Assembly (NCBI GenBank): GCA_029717555.1
Contig: JAMDHS010000047.1
Coordinates: 124,001-174,346, forward strand
Length of the DNA: 50,346 nucleotides
Source of the DNA: Peribolospora baueri
Taxonomy: Eukaryota
Direction: 5' to 3'
The position numbers and the translations under genes were made by a program. Each line of letters opens with the position of its first letter. The first letter of the stretch is position 1. The notes beneath the pieces are model-generated. The model was not told the DNA's origin. It searched no databases and was given only the letters and a program-made list of their open reading frames with translations. Shown here piece by piece: positions 11,601 to 20,468 of this stretch.

Positions 11601-13004
11601 TCGACCACCTCAGTCGGCGGCGGCCACCATCGCTCCCGTTCAGGCGACCGTTCCTCTTCCGCTTCCTCCTCCTCCCTTTTCGCCGTACACGCCAGGACAA
11701 GGAGTCACGGCAACTTGCCCGCCCTCTCCGTCCTCGGAGGCCTCCTCGCTCCGCTCACCCCCGCGCTCGATGAAACGGCGCAGGAATACGAGGAGGCCCC
11801 CTCGTCCCCACCCGTCAGTCTCGGTCTCCCTCCCGGCCCCGCTTCCGCGTTCCATGTGCGCGGCAGACACGGCAGCTCGGCCGCTAGCGCTGTTGGCGTA
11901 GGAGGACAAGGAGGTGGAGGAGGTAATGTGACGAGGTTCAGAGACGGCGGGGCGAGGCGGCAGAGCGCGGCGTCTAGGTATGACGACTTTCTCGCCGCTG
12001 CCGCCGCCGGCGGCGGACGGCCTCCGAATCGGAGGGGGAACAGCTATGCCGGGTCGAGGGCGCCAGGGTGGGGCACGCCCACTACCGCCTCCTTCGATCT
12101 TTCTGGAGGCCCGGCCGGCGCCGGCGCCGGCGGCGGACCCGGCAGCTGGTCCTCCTCCGCGACGCAGCAGGACGGACGGACGTCGGTTTTTGCTGGCCTA
12201 CACCCACACCTCCCGCCCCTCCTTCCCGACGGCACCCCCATCACCGCCAGCGCCAGCACGCGCCCGCAGACGCCGAGCTCGCTCAGCACCGGCACTCAAC
12301 TGTCACCGCTGCCGGCCTCGCCGCCGAGGACCGCACCCATCGCCAACGGCTTTCCCTTCCCCGCCTTGCACCCTTATCACCATCTCCCTCCTCAGCAACA
12401 ACAACTCCAGCTACAGCAGCTCCAGCAGGCCTCGCAGATGCTGTACGCCGACCACTCGTCGAACGATCTGGTGCGCGCCAACAACGACGGCGGCGGCGGC
12501 CCGCCCAAGACGTGGAGCTGGGATCGCATGCCCGGCATTCCCACCTACCCTATCCTCCACGTCGAGGGCAGGGTCACCCACGACCGGTACGAGTCGCCGG
12601 TCTGGGCTGACGACGGGGCGCACGAGCGCGAACGCGAACGCACGCTTTCCGAGCCTAACGTCGTCGACGCCGCCGCCATCCGCGCCGTCCCTCGCCCTCG
12701 CCCTTGCCCGTCGTTCAACCGGGCCCCGTCCACTTCGCCTGGCGACGTTGCTTCCCCGCCAGTGCAGGGACGAGGAGGGATGCCGAGGCGGAAGAGCCTT
12801 CTCTCTACCGAGCCCGTCCTCTTGCGCGAGGAGGCGGTGGACGAGGGCGGAGAGGGACGAGACGCCCGCGACGACGGCGACGTCAGGCAAGACGTCAAGG
12901 AGGAAGAGAAGATACGGTTCGGATTCGCGTCGCCGCCGCCGGGAATGGCGATGATGGCGGCACAGGGCAAGACGCGCAAGAAGCTCTTCCACTTTGGCGT
13001 TTGA
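8601..13004 (+). CDS. Large low-complexity protein with an Ecl1/2/3-like (life-span regulatory factor) zinc motif; 1467 aa, no intron evident within the ORF
   Basis: Uninterrupted 4.4-kb ORF with an AUG in good context (gccATG). It contains YCLNCDRLI (C27, C30) and PLYCSDECRRAD (C208, C212), the CxxCD.xI...LYCSxxC+xxD pattern of the Ecl1 family. C-terminal PKTWSWD, PTYPIL and RKKLFHF segments. Confidence is higher for coding status than for the family. Confidence 0.8.
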   Translation: MLDDASDFSDPEAEVEPEEVSWNNAYCLNCDRLIPPPTPLDLSPSPAVAAANVNVNVARQRPPAPPSRPPLGRSASSGSASGSGIKRNSGTIKARSGSHSSAGSSAAGHVSTRQHVVGGGLAGRRNNSAARLAGPGGVFGGLGGGGGMMTALKLTASREKEKEKEKEKGKEASAAAATVAAKAAEVERERLRAEAERRARVDPPPLYCSDECRRADERRSSLLPSWLATGSNHQHRPLPLPPPHSPAAPIMAPQAQHPVSHLAKLTVRTPDECVPSGASDTTENSNGNSNSNTNSISNSNSNSNSAGASDYFSRRPAVGTSATADRRGSTASSSSGGGGGAHAYDPQVPAKTSPSSLFSGADSTSSLLQRSQRDHVDRQRDHAHASASKAQARTAEADGAQAAKAKPDVDADAGRVVPSYPTDRRPTDRAATASPRVQQVQFGGHAPTDADADASSSPSTSVPVLSSTLQSGLRRQTSPPVQAFSPSATALDADAVARKSSFAALRDGRAELAGRPGFYPTPSALDLFNNYALYHAGHPSAAAHSPPRSAALVGPAVRSPSSAYFSSPLPPPALSPTVDEAAVWDADRDRDRDRYPPLDRYPPPPPGSGSTSRAAAVVVVGRTSPLDRRLSGVGSPEKRLMGLHGSSPVAAVAVTDVRRHSHVLSSPRYPSVFASASPSASASASASASASVSTSAFAFATPSASGSGSVSVSGSGGSHGSANTATTVSASRRHERDRRRRSSSSSGPPAPALVLPFVGSPSRSASAARSTPTTAAFSHHVYSTSAGAAGDWEEEEDRKKMLVSGRHSGVWGRGDGDGDGDGGGGGEGGRDVQILDDEGTERREGGGEFEEGAREANSDTDRVRQRRRRRRSSAAIGSLKLAGGFASKEEREELEREREMERRSSPAPFAGEMKGSARSSAASTLRAFPASEATDIVSPDVVVVGGRRPPLNPKSHHPSRRQSSNSSVTALPPLLGPGLSRSHTPSSEAIAAEEARRNRASTTSVGGGHHRSRSGDRSSSASSSSLFAVHARTRSHGNLPALSVLGGLLAPLTPALDETAQEYEEAPSSPPVSLGLPPGPASAFHVRGRHGSSAASAVGVGGQGGGGGNVTRFRDGGARRQSAASRYDDFLAAAAAGGGRPPNRRGNSYAGSRAPGWGTPTTASFDLSGGPAGAGAGGGPGSWSSSATQQDGRTSVFAGLHPHLPPLLPDGTPITASASTRPQTPSSLSTGTQLSPLPASPPRTAPIANGFPFPALHPYHHLPPQQQQLQLQQLQQASQMLYADHSSNDLVRANNDGGGGPPKTWSWDRMPGIPTYPILHVEGRVTHDRYESPVWADDGAHERERERTLSEPNVVDAAAIRAVPRPRPCPSFNRAPSTSPGDVASPPVQGRGGMPRRKSLLSTEPVLLREEAVDEGGEGRDARDDGDVRQDVKEEEKIRFGFASPPPGMAMMAAQGKTRKKLFHFGV

Positions 13005-14364
13005 CCTGGCCAGCAACCCGCCTGCCTCGTCCGCCTTTCCTTCTTTCTTTTCTTTTTTTTTTTTTTCCCCTTTCTTTCGATTTCATGCGGCCATCAGTTA
13101 GGTCAGCCGCGTCGCGTCATCTCGTTCGTGACGGTCGCCCACCTTCACCATAGACCGTGGGACTGAGACTGGTCCCTCCCCCCTCTCCCCACGTCCTCTT
13201 CTCCGGTCTCTCCGTTTGGACGATCGTGTTCTTTGCTTTTATTTGCCCCTCTATTTGGATAGGATACCCCCACGTAGTGGATGGTACGGATGGAACGGAC
13301 AAACGGATGAGGCTCGTCGTAGTGGCCACTTGCTTTGATTTGTTGTTTTGTTCACCGACTCGCCGCCGACGTCCGTCGTTCCGTCGGTCGGTGTGCCTCT
13401 CTCTCCCCTCCCCTACCGCTTGGTCGGCTCGCTTTCATCTACCGCGGATCTCTGCTTCCCTCCGTCTCGCACCTCTTTTCTTCCTCTTGGTTTGGTCCCT
13501 TGGTCTTGTTTACCTCGCGAACGCCCCCACCCGCGCGCGCGCGCGTACGCACACGAACATACACGGTCACCCAACTCCTCCCACTCGGTTCGCTTCGGTG
13601 TCACCCCTTCCCGTCGTCTCGTCTACTTCATTTACCATTCGTCACCCCCACCCTGTTGTTCTTTTCTTCCCCTCGACCTCGACGCCCTACGCGGCATGAT
13701 GTATTCACGCTATCGTAGCGTACCTAGCTGCGAACGAAAGTGACGTAACGAACGCAACCCTCGTACTTGGTTCCGGCGTTGACCCGGCGGGGCGTGGCGT
13801 GAACAGAAAGCCGGTCGGTCGTCCGTTTGTTCGTTTGTGAAAGGAAAAGCGCTACGTACGTGCGTACATACAAGTTTGAGATACAAGTTTGAGCCAGTCG
13901 TAGCCGCCGCCACACCTTGATCGGCGGCCCTTTCTTCGTCTCTCTCGTCTCCCCCTGCCGCGGTCGATCAGCTCCCGTTTGCCTGCTCATGGTGTGCATG
14001 ATCAGGGGCAAAGGGAATGACCACGGTCTCCTTCCCATTTTCACATTGGGTCCGGAGGTTTGCAAGAAATATATATAAAAAATATAACTCTGCATTCTTC
14101 GGTCCCGACCCTTCCTCGACGGATGACAGCCAACGACGAACGAACGTACACGAGTCGACGGCTAGGTTCTGAAAGATGGAGTGGGCGGGTGGATGGAGAA
14201 TCCCAGTAAGGAAAGTAGAGGTAACGATGGAACGATAGACCGACGAAGCAAGGAACGACTACATCTACTACTAGCATCGGAGTGGAGAAGGAGGAGGGGG
14301 GGGGGGGGCAACATGGGGGAATTTGTGGCGAGCAGAGAGAGGGAAAAGGAAACCATCGGATTAC

Positions 14365-17300
14365 CTAGTTGACGACCTTGAGCGTCGACTTTTTGCTCCT
14401 CCGACACGCGGGTCTTCCCGTCTGGACAGCACGCGGCGTCGCAGCGGAGGACGGCTGGAAGCCTTCGAGCGACGGTAGAGGCGCTGTGCCCAGGGTGAGG
14501 CGGGAGGCCGCGGAGGCGAAGGGAGGCGCTGGTGAAGAGGAGCACGAGTCGACGATCCGCTTCGTGAGCTGGTCAAGATGACCCGATGCGCGCGGCGCCC
14601 CAAAAGCGGGTGCCGTGCAGGTGGACGGCGTAAGCTCCCAATCGCGACCGGTCCTGACGAGGTGCTGGTGATCGAACGAGACCGCGCGGTCGTCCTCGAA
14701 CGGGTTGGTGCAATGTGTCTTGTCGCTCAACGTGCTGTGTCGGCTCCGCTCTCCGTTCTCCCCTTCGTTGTCCGTCGAGAACACGTGGCTGGAGCCGCTG
14801 TCGAGGATGCCCGACCCGCGGTTGCGAGGCATCAGGTACGGGTAACTTGTCACGCTCCCATCCGACGTGGGCGACCGCCGGCCTCGTCGGTCTTGAATAC
14901 GGAGCGATTCCACGCGGTTGTCTTCGGGGCTGGTGACTTCTTGACGGTCGTCAAACGGATTCCCCCCCGTCGCCTCCTCGTCCACGAGACTTGTTAGAAA
15001 AGCTCTAGGCAAGGCCTTCCCGTTTGTCCCACCGTCACCGCGGCAGGCGCCGAAGCCGCGCAAGATGCTCTTCCGGCGCGCCTTCATGGCCTCGGCTTTA
15101 GTGAATACGGGCGACGTGTACCGGTCCTGGGCCGCCGCAATGTTGCTGAGGATCATCCTGCCCCTCTCCGCCATCGTCCTGCCGTTGCCGCTACCCTCCG
15201 CGCTGTCCTCATTCCTACCATGGCTTGACGTGTCACCGCTCCCAGACCTGCTGTGCCCGCGAAAGAGTCGATGTTGGTCGTCGTGATCCGTCCTGCTCCC
15301 CCCGTACAGCCACATGGAGCTGACCGGAGGCTCACCGGTCTCGTCCAAGGTGGTCGCACGTCTCCGCTTGCGGTGAATGTGGTACAGTCCCGCAAGGGCT
15401 CCGAGAGCCAGAGTCGCTCCAACGATACCGCCAGCAACGGCGCCGCCAGACGTCGACGAGCCGCTACTGCCGCTGGATTTGGTATTGAACGGCGTAGACT
15501 TTGCCATGACGGACGTCGTCGGCGAGTCGGAAGCGCTGGAATCCGTCGACGACGCTGAGTTGGTCAAAGATGTGGCGCTGTCCGAAGGGGCGGTGGCGCT
15601 GGCCGAAGAGGCGGTAGTGCTGGCCAAAGAGGCGATGGCGCTGACCGAAGAGGCGGTGGTGCTGTCCGAAGAGGCGGTGGCGCTGGCCAAAGATGTGGTT
15701 GGGCTGGCTGATGCAGCAAGACTGGTAACCGGATCGACGCTGGAAGCCGGACCGACGTTGGAAGACGGATCGGTGCTAGGAGAAGGACCGACACTAGGAG
15801 ACGAGCCGACACTTGCAGACGGACCGACGCCGGCCGTGTTATCTACATTAAGGCCCATGTTTGCGCTGTCTTCTGACGGTGTTGCGCCAGGCCCTTGATT
15901 CTGGATCGGCTGCGGGCCGCTAACTGGGCTCGCAGCAGAGTACAAGGAAGCGGGGGCCTGGTTACTCCACGAAAAGCCGCCTTGAGCAGCAGTGTCGAGA
16001 TAGGAGATCTGGGGTGCCGAATTGCCAGCCATCGCATTCGTTGTTGTTCCGTCTGTGGGCTGAGCTCCGTTCTGCCCAAAAGCGGTGACCATCACGTTGC
16101 CTATCATGACAGCGGAGTGCCACGCCACGCCTGGAGCGTTGGTGCTGGCTTCAGCAAGAGACGGTGTAGACCAGGTCCAGGGTTCTGAGGACACGTCCAA
16201 AGCGAACGTGTCGGCCAACGCCGGCGATCGGTTGTTCGCGTCGCCGCCTCCTGCGATCGACTGGCCGCCGTGGACGAGGATTTTGCCGTCAGGAGTCAAG
16301 ACCGCGCTGTGGCCGACCCTCGACGTAGGAGCGTTGCCGGCCGTGGACTGAAATTGGAAGGCAAATTCGCTTCGTGAGTTTGTGGAAGACGATTGTCAGA
16401 TACAGGACGAGCTCTTACCATTGGTTTCCAGGCACGCGTGCCGGTGTCCAGCACCACAATGTCGCTAAAGCTTGCAGCGCTACCGTCAGAGTGGAGGCCG
16501 CCGAAGTAAGCGATGCTCTTGCCATCCGGCAGCAGCACGGCCGTATAGTCACTGCTAGGTGGCAGGGCATTGGCGGCCTGAAGAGGTGCCGTGACGACTG
16601 AAGCGCCTGCTTGGCCAGAGCTCGTCTCGGGCGACCCGTTCGAAGCTGTGCCTGCGCCTGGAGTATATGTATCCAGGCCGGCGTAGTTGACTCTGGACGC
16701 ATCGCCTTCGTAGCAAGTCGTCGAGTCTGCGATGCCGCCAGTGACATAGAACGTCGTGCCCTTGGCGGCACTAACGGCAGCTGCTTGCCTTCGTCGCGGC
16801 GGAAGAGAGGCCTCGCCAGTGCCTGGCGTCAAGGTAGGGGCTACCCAGCCAAGGCCCGGCTGTTGGGGGTCGAACACGTATGCTGGTGCGTCTGAATGAC
16901 AGTCTGCTGTTGTGCCACCCACCACCCAGACACGGGAGGCTGAGTCGACGGCTGCGGCCGTCCAGGCAAGAGGGGGAAGACCGGTGCTGGTAATCGGTGT
17001 TGGAGTAGAGTCCGGCGACGTAGAATTGAGGTTCATGGCGAGGACGTCATTGGTAGTTCGACCCTGGTTGTCAACCTGGCCGCCAATGAAGAGGATTTGG
17101 TTCGTCGCAGGCACAAACACGGAGGCGTGGCCCCAGCGAGGACCTACGGCGGACGAGGCGTTGTTCATGGTCACTGCCAAGTTCTTCAATGGGAGTCCGA
17201 CTCGCGGCCGTTTACTTGCCCCTCCAGCGTGCGAGGAATCCCGACATCCCACGACACGTTCGATTGCCTCTGAACCGTTGTGGATTCCCGGCGCACTCAA

Positions 17301-17621
17301 GTATGATGCCCTCCGCCGCAGGCGGCCACGCCCGTTTGACCCATCGTGGCTTGCAGGCCTTCTCAACGGCTCGGCCCCTTTGCGCCCCGTATACACGCTC
17401 GGACCTGCTCGCCGAGCAGCTGGTGCATTGATGGTCGATTGTCGCAAATGGGAGGAGTCCAGCGCGGCGCCCTGGGCAGCGACGATGTCGAGCCGCTTGT
17501 CGATGGGGGAAGCGCAGGCGTATAGAGAGAGAATATGAAGTGAGATAACGAGACCAAATAGACGTCGGATTATGGTTGTTCGATGCAGCACCTGCGCTGC
17601 AGGCAGCCGTTGGAGAGCCAT
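14365..17621 (-). CDS. Kelch/galactose-oxidase-type beta-propeller single-pass membrane protein with Ser/Thr-rich stalk and cytoplasmic tail
   Basis: Exons 17621-16419 and 16347-14365, with intron 16348-16418 (GTAAG...CAG) restoring the frame. Signal-like N-terminus ending ASPIDKR; kelch blades PRWGHAS..ILFIGG, VWVVGG, FYVTGG, IAYFGG, SRVGHSA..ILVHGG, WHSAVM..AFG; TM segment GAVAGGIVGATLALGALAGLY followed by HRKRRR; NPF motifs in the tail. Confidence 0.88.
15570..15835 (-). repeat. Coding tandem repeats in the kelch protein stalk: about 6 copies of a 21-bp unit and about 5 of an 18-bp unit
   Basis: A gaagaggcggtggcgctggcc-like unit lies at about 15570-15695 (7-aa, SATASSD/ASTTASS). A ggaccgacactaggagaa-like unit lies at about 15730-15835 (6-aa, VGPSxS). 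Confidence 0.8.
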
Positions 17622-18361
17622 GGCGAAACAAGTGAGGAAAGGAATCGTCCTGCGAGCAAAAGAGGAAGGAAAATCGCGTCGTCAAGACGCGCGAAGCCGA
17701 CAAGGCCCTCGGTTAGGGAAAAGGGTGAAGGTGAAGAAAAGAGGAAGGGTGGAGAAAGAGGAAGAGGGAGACGGAGAAGAGATTTAATCGGGACAGTCGG
17801 TGAGTTTTGAAGGAGAGCCACCGGGGAACCACCAGGCCCGCGCATGGACGAAGGGGCGAGCGGCGGCAAGAAAAGAGCAGGGGGCCCACCGACGATGCGT
17901 GCACCGAACTTCTACGTGGCTTCTCTTCGTGTCTACGTCTTTCCATGGTATCGTAGGTATAACTGTTGCCCATGGATGAATAAGAGACGTTGAGCCATAT
18001 TTCTACCTGCCCCGCCATCTCCAACCAGAACAAGGTCGAGACCGTCAAGTGTGCACTCGTCAGCAGTCTCGAGAGGGCGGTCGACCTGCGGTCACCATAG
18101 CTCCAGGACGGCTCAAGGAAGTATCAGCTTTTACTCTACCGCTCGTTAGACAGGTCCTCGTGCGCGTAGTTCAGGGCTCGGGGCGAATGGGCCAGCATAT
18201 CGGCGTGGCAGGTGATGGTGGAACTGTGACGAGCCCGCGTCGGGGTTGCGGATCGGAGTTGCCGCAGTCGTTCCCGGAAAGCTTGCAGCGTCTTCGCCAT
18301 TGACGACGGCTCATTGTAGCACCACCGTCTTCCAGCAGCGCCGAGCCTCACCGCGCAAGCC

Positions 18362-18815
18362 ATGCCGCCTCTCACCCTTTACGGCGTCGTCACCAAGGCG
18401 GGAGCCATGGCCAAGACCGTCACCGTGACTGTGGCGCGCAGGGTAGAGCATCCTCGTGTCGGCAAGGCGAGTCTCTGATCCCCCTTTTTCTTGCGAATGT
18501 CAGGATCTGACTTGCGCATTGGGCGGGTGCGGTGCGACTTTTGTTGCCTTTTGTCCACACTCCATGCTCATACTCGCTTGACTCTCATTTCCCGATTGAA
18601 TATAGGTCATCACCCGCCACACGAAGTATCTCACCCACGACCCCGAGAACATGTTGAAAGAGGGCGATCGTGTGCGCATCCGCAACTGTCGGCCACTGTC
18701 GGCGAGGAAACGCTTCGAGTTGTACCAGCTCCTGTCCCCTTCTGGATCTATAGTGTCCCAACTCGATGGGGTTTCGACGGGCGGATCTGCAGCGGATGAC
18801 GCTTCTGGGCGATGA
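18362..18815 (+). CDS. MRPS17: Mitochondrial ribosomal protein uS17m, 2 exons with a GC-AG intron; absent from the ORF track
   Basis: Exon 18362-18466 gives MPPLTLYGVVTKAGAMAKTVTVTVARRVEHPRVGK. Intron 18467-18605 is GCGAGT...TAG. Exon 18606-18815 gives VITRHTKYLTHDPENMLKEGDRVRIRNCRPLSARKRFEL. These carry the classic S17 motifs (G.VV..KT..V, H.....K, HD..N....GD.V.I..CRP.S..K). Confidence 0.95.
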
Positions 18816-18822
18816 CATTAGA

Positions 18823-19530
18823 TTACGCCGCCCGGAAGGGGAAGGTTACCGAGGTATCTTTAGCCCCTTTTTGTAGCCTGAACAACGCTGATTTCAGTAT
18901 CCCAATCAGAGGCACACAAGCACATGCAAGGAAAGGGAAAGATAGGATAGAGCCGGCGAGGGAAGGCCCACTGCCGAGGAGAAGGAGCATCCGGTTCTTG
19001 AACGCCCTCGCGTGGAAGACGCTGTTTGCGACGGTATATGCTTTAAGCGAGTAGGACAGGGTATGGGTCGCCGGATGGAAGTCCATGTACTTGGCAAAGC
19101 GGGCAAGGGGGCAGGCGCCTGGGGCTCAGCAGCAATCGATTCGGACAACTTGGCACCACGCATCACGACATTACCGTCCACTTCCCTGCAGAAATTGGCC
19201 ACATGGTAGATATCATACTGCGTGGCTAGGAAGGAGACCGTCCTTGCTGTCTCGTGGCCGACGCCACAGTGGAAGTGGCGCTTGTGGGAGAAATAGTGGC
19301 GAGTCCGGGATGATTGTCGCCTCGGAATCCTCGTTGGTGTTGGCACTTAGGCCGATGGCGCCGTGGTTGCCGTTGAAGATGGACAGAAAGCCACAGTAGT
19401 AGCTTATGTCACAGGCAGGATAACTGAAAGAAGATAGGGCGCCAAGACCTAGACAAACCATGACCCTTGTCCTCCCTCCCATGGTCCAACTGTTTTTCGG
19501 CGCCGACAATGGGCCCCATGACGAGGAACC
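18823..19530 (-). pseudogene. Possible spliced but frameshifted gene remnant, unidentified
   Basis: Intron 19119-19174 (GTAATG...GCTGAG...CCCAG) joins ..HCGVGHETARTVSFLATQYDIYHVANFCREVD in frame to GACPLARFAKYMDFHPATHTLSYSLKAYT... The upstream frame is closed and another protein-like frame overlaps it. Confidence 0.3.
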
Positions 19531-20468
19531 TGGCGAAAAAAAGCGTGTCAACATAAGATGACATAGCCAGTGCCTTTAAGGCCAATGTGGAACTAGGAAA
19601 GCTGTCATCGCATGCTAATTCAGGACCGAAACCTGTCCTCCAGCAATATGATGCCGACGGCGACGTCGCATGTTTGGGTCCTTCGTCGCCATGAACTCAA
19701 ATGCAAGCTGCCTGCTCATACTAGCCTCCTGCACCGAGGCAGACTCCCAGGTGCCTTTGCCTACGGAGGACCCGCGGTTGGACGTTCCTGGCTGGAAGAA
19801 CATTTGGTCACGGCAAACGGTGTGAGTGAGGTGGAGGCCTCGCAGCGGTCTTTCTCCAGTCGGTCCGTCGCTGGGAGGTTGTGGCAAGTGAATAGCGCAG
19901 AGCGCTCGATGGCTTTCCCGTCTTAGTTTCAACTGGCGCTTCATAAGCCAACGGCGACGAAGGCGAAGAGACAACGAAGGGAAGAGAAAGCCAATTTCCC
20001 CACGTCTAGCGTTCAGCTACATAAGAGCGCAAGAAGCATATGCCATGTCTGTATTTGGTTACGTTTTGGCACCAATCTTGGTGCATGTTTACCACGGTAT
20101 GAGGATCTCGCGAAGACGATGGTGAGCTTGTTTGTTGGCATCTAGAGTCAAGACGTCAGAAGAGAGTGAGGGAACAAGATGCGAAGGAAGCCACAGCCGT
20201 TGTGACCTGTTATGCCAGAGCAGCCTCAAAAGCCGGTCACCGCGAAAGCAGACTGGGCGGACGTCGTTGGCGTTTGTATATCCAACTAAAAGCGTCGTGG
20301 TGGAACAGGCGTCGGCCGGAGAGCTCTGCCCTTTCTTCGCATCGAAGTTTGCGTCTATAGGCGCTCCGTCGCCCTCGGGCTCAGAGCAAACGAGGGACAC
20401 AAGAAGACGCACTAAACGTACGTGATTCAAGAACTGGGAGTTCGTCGGTTTGCGGGCTCGCCTGCACA

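Noticed and set aside
8571..12954. Long alternative-frame and antisense ORFs (553 aa minus; 642 aa and 324 aa plus) over the Ecl1-like gene
   Set aside because: These are expected shadow ORFs in very GC-rich, stop-poor coding DNA. The translations are Arg/Pro/Gly-rich with no motifs.
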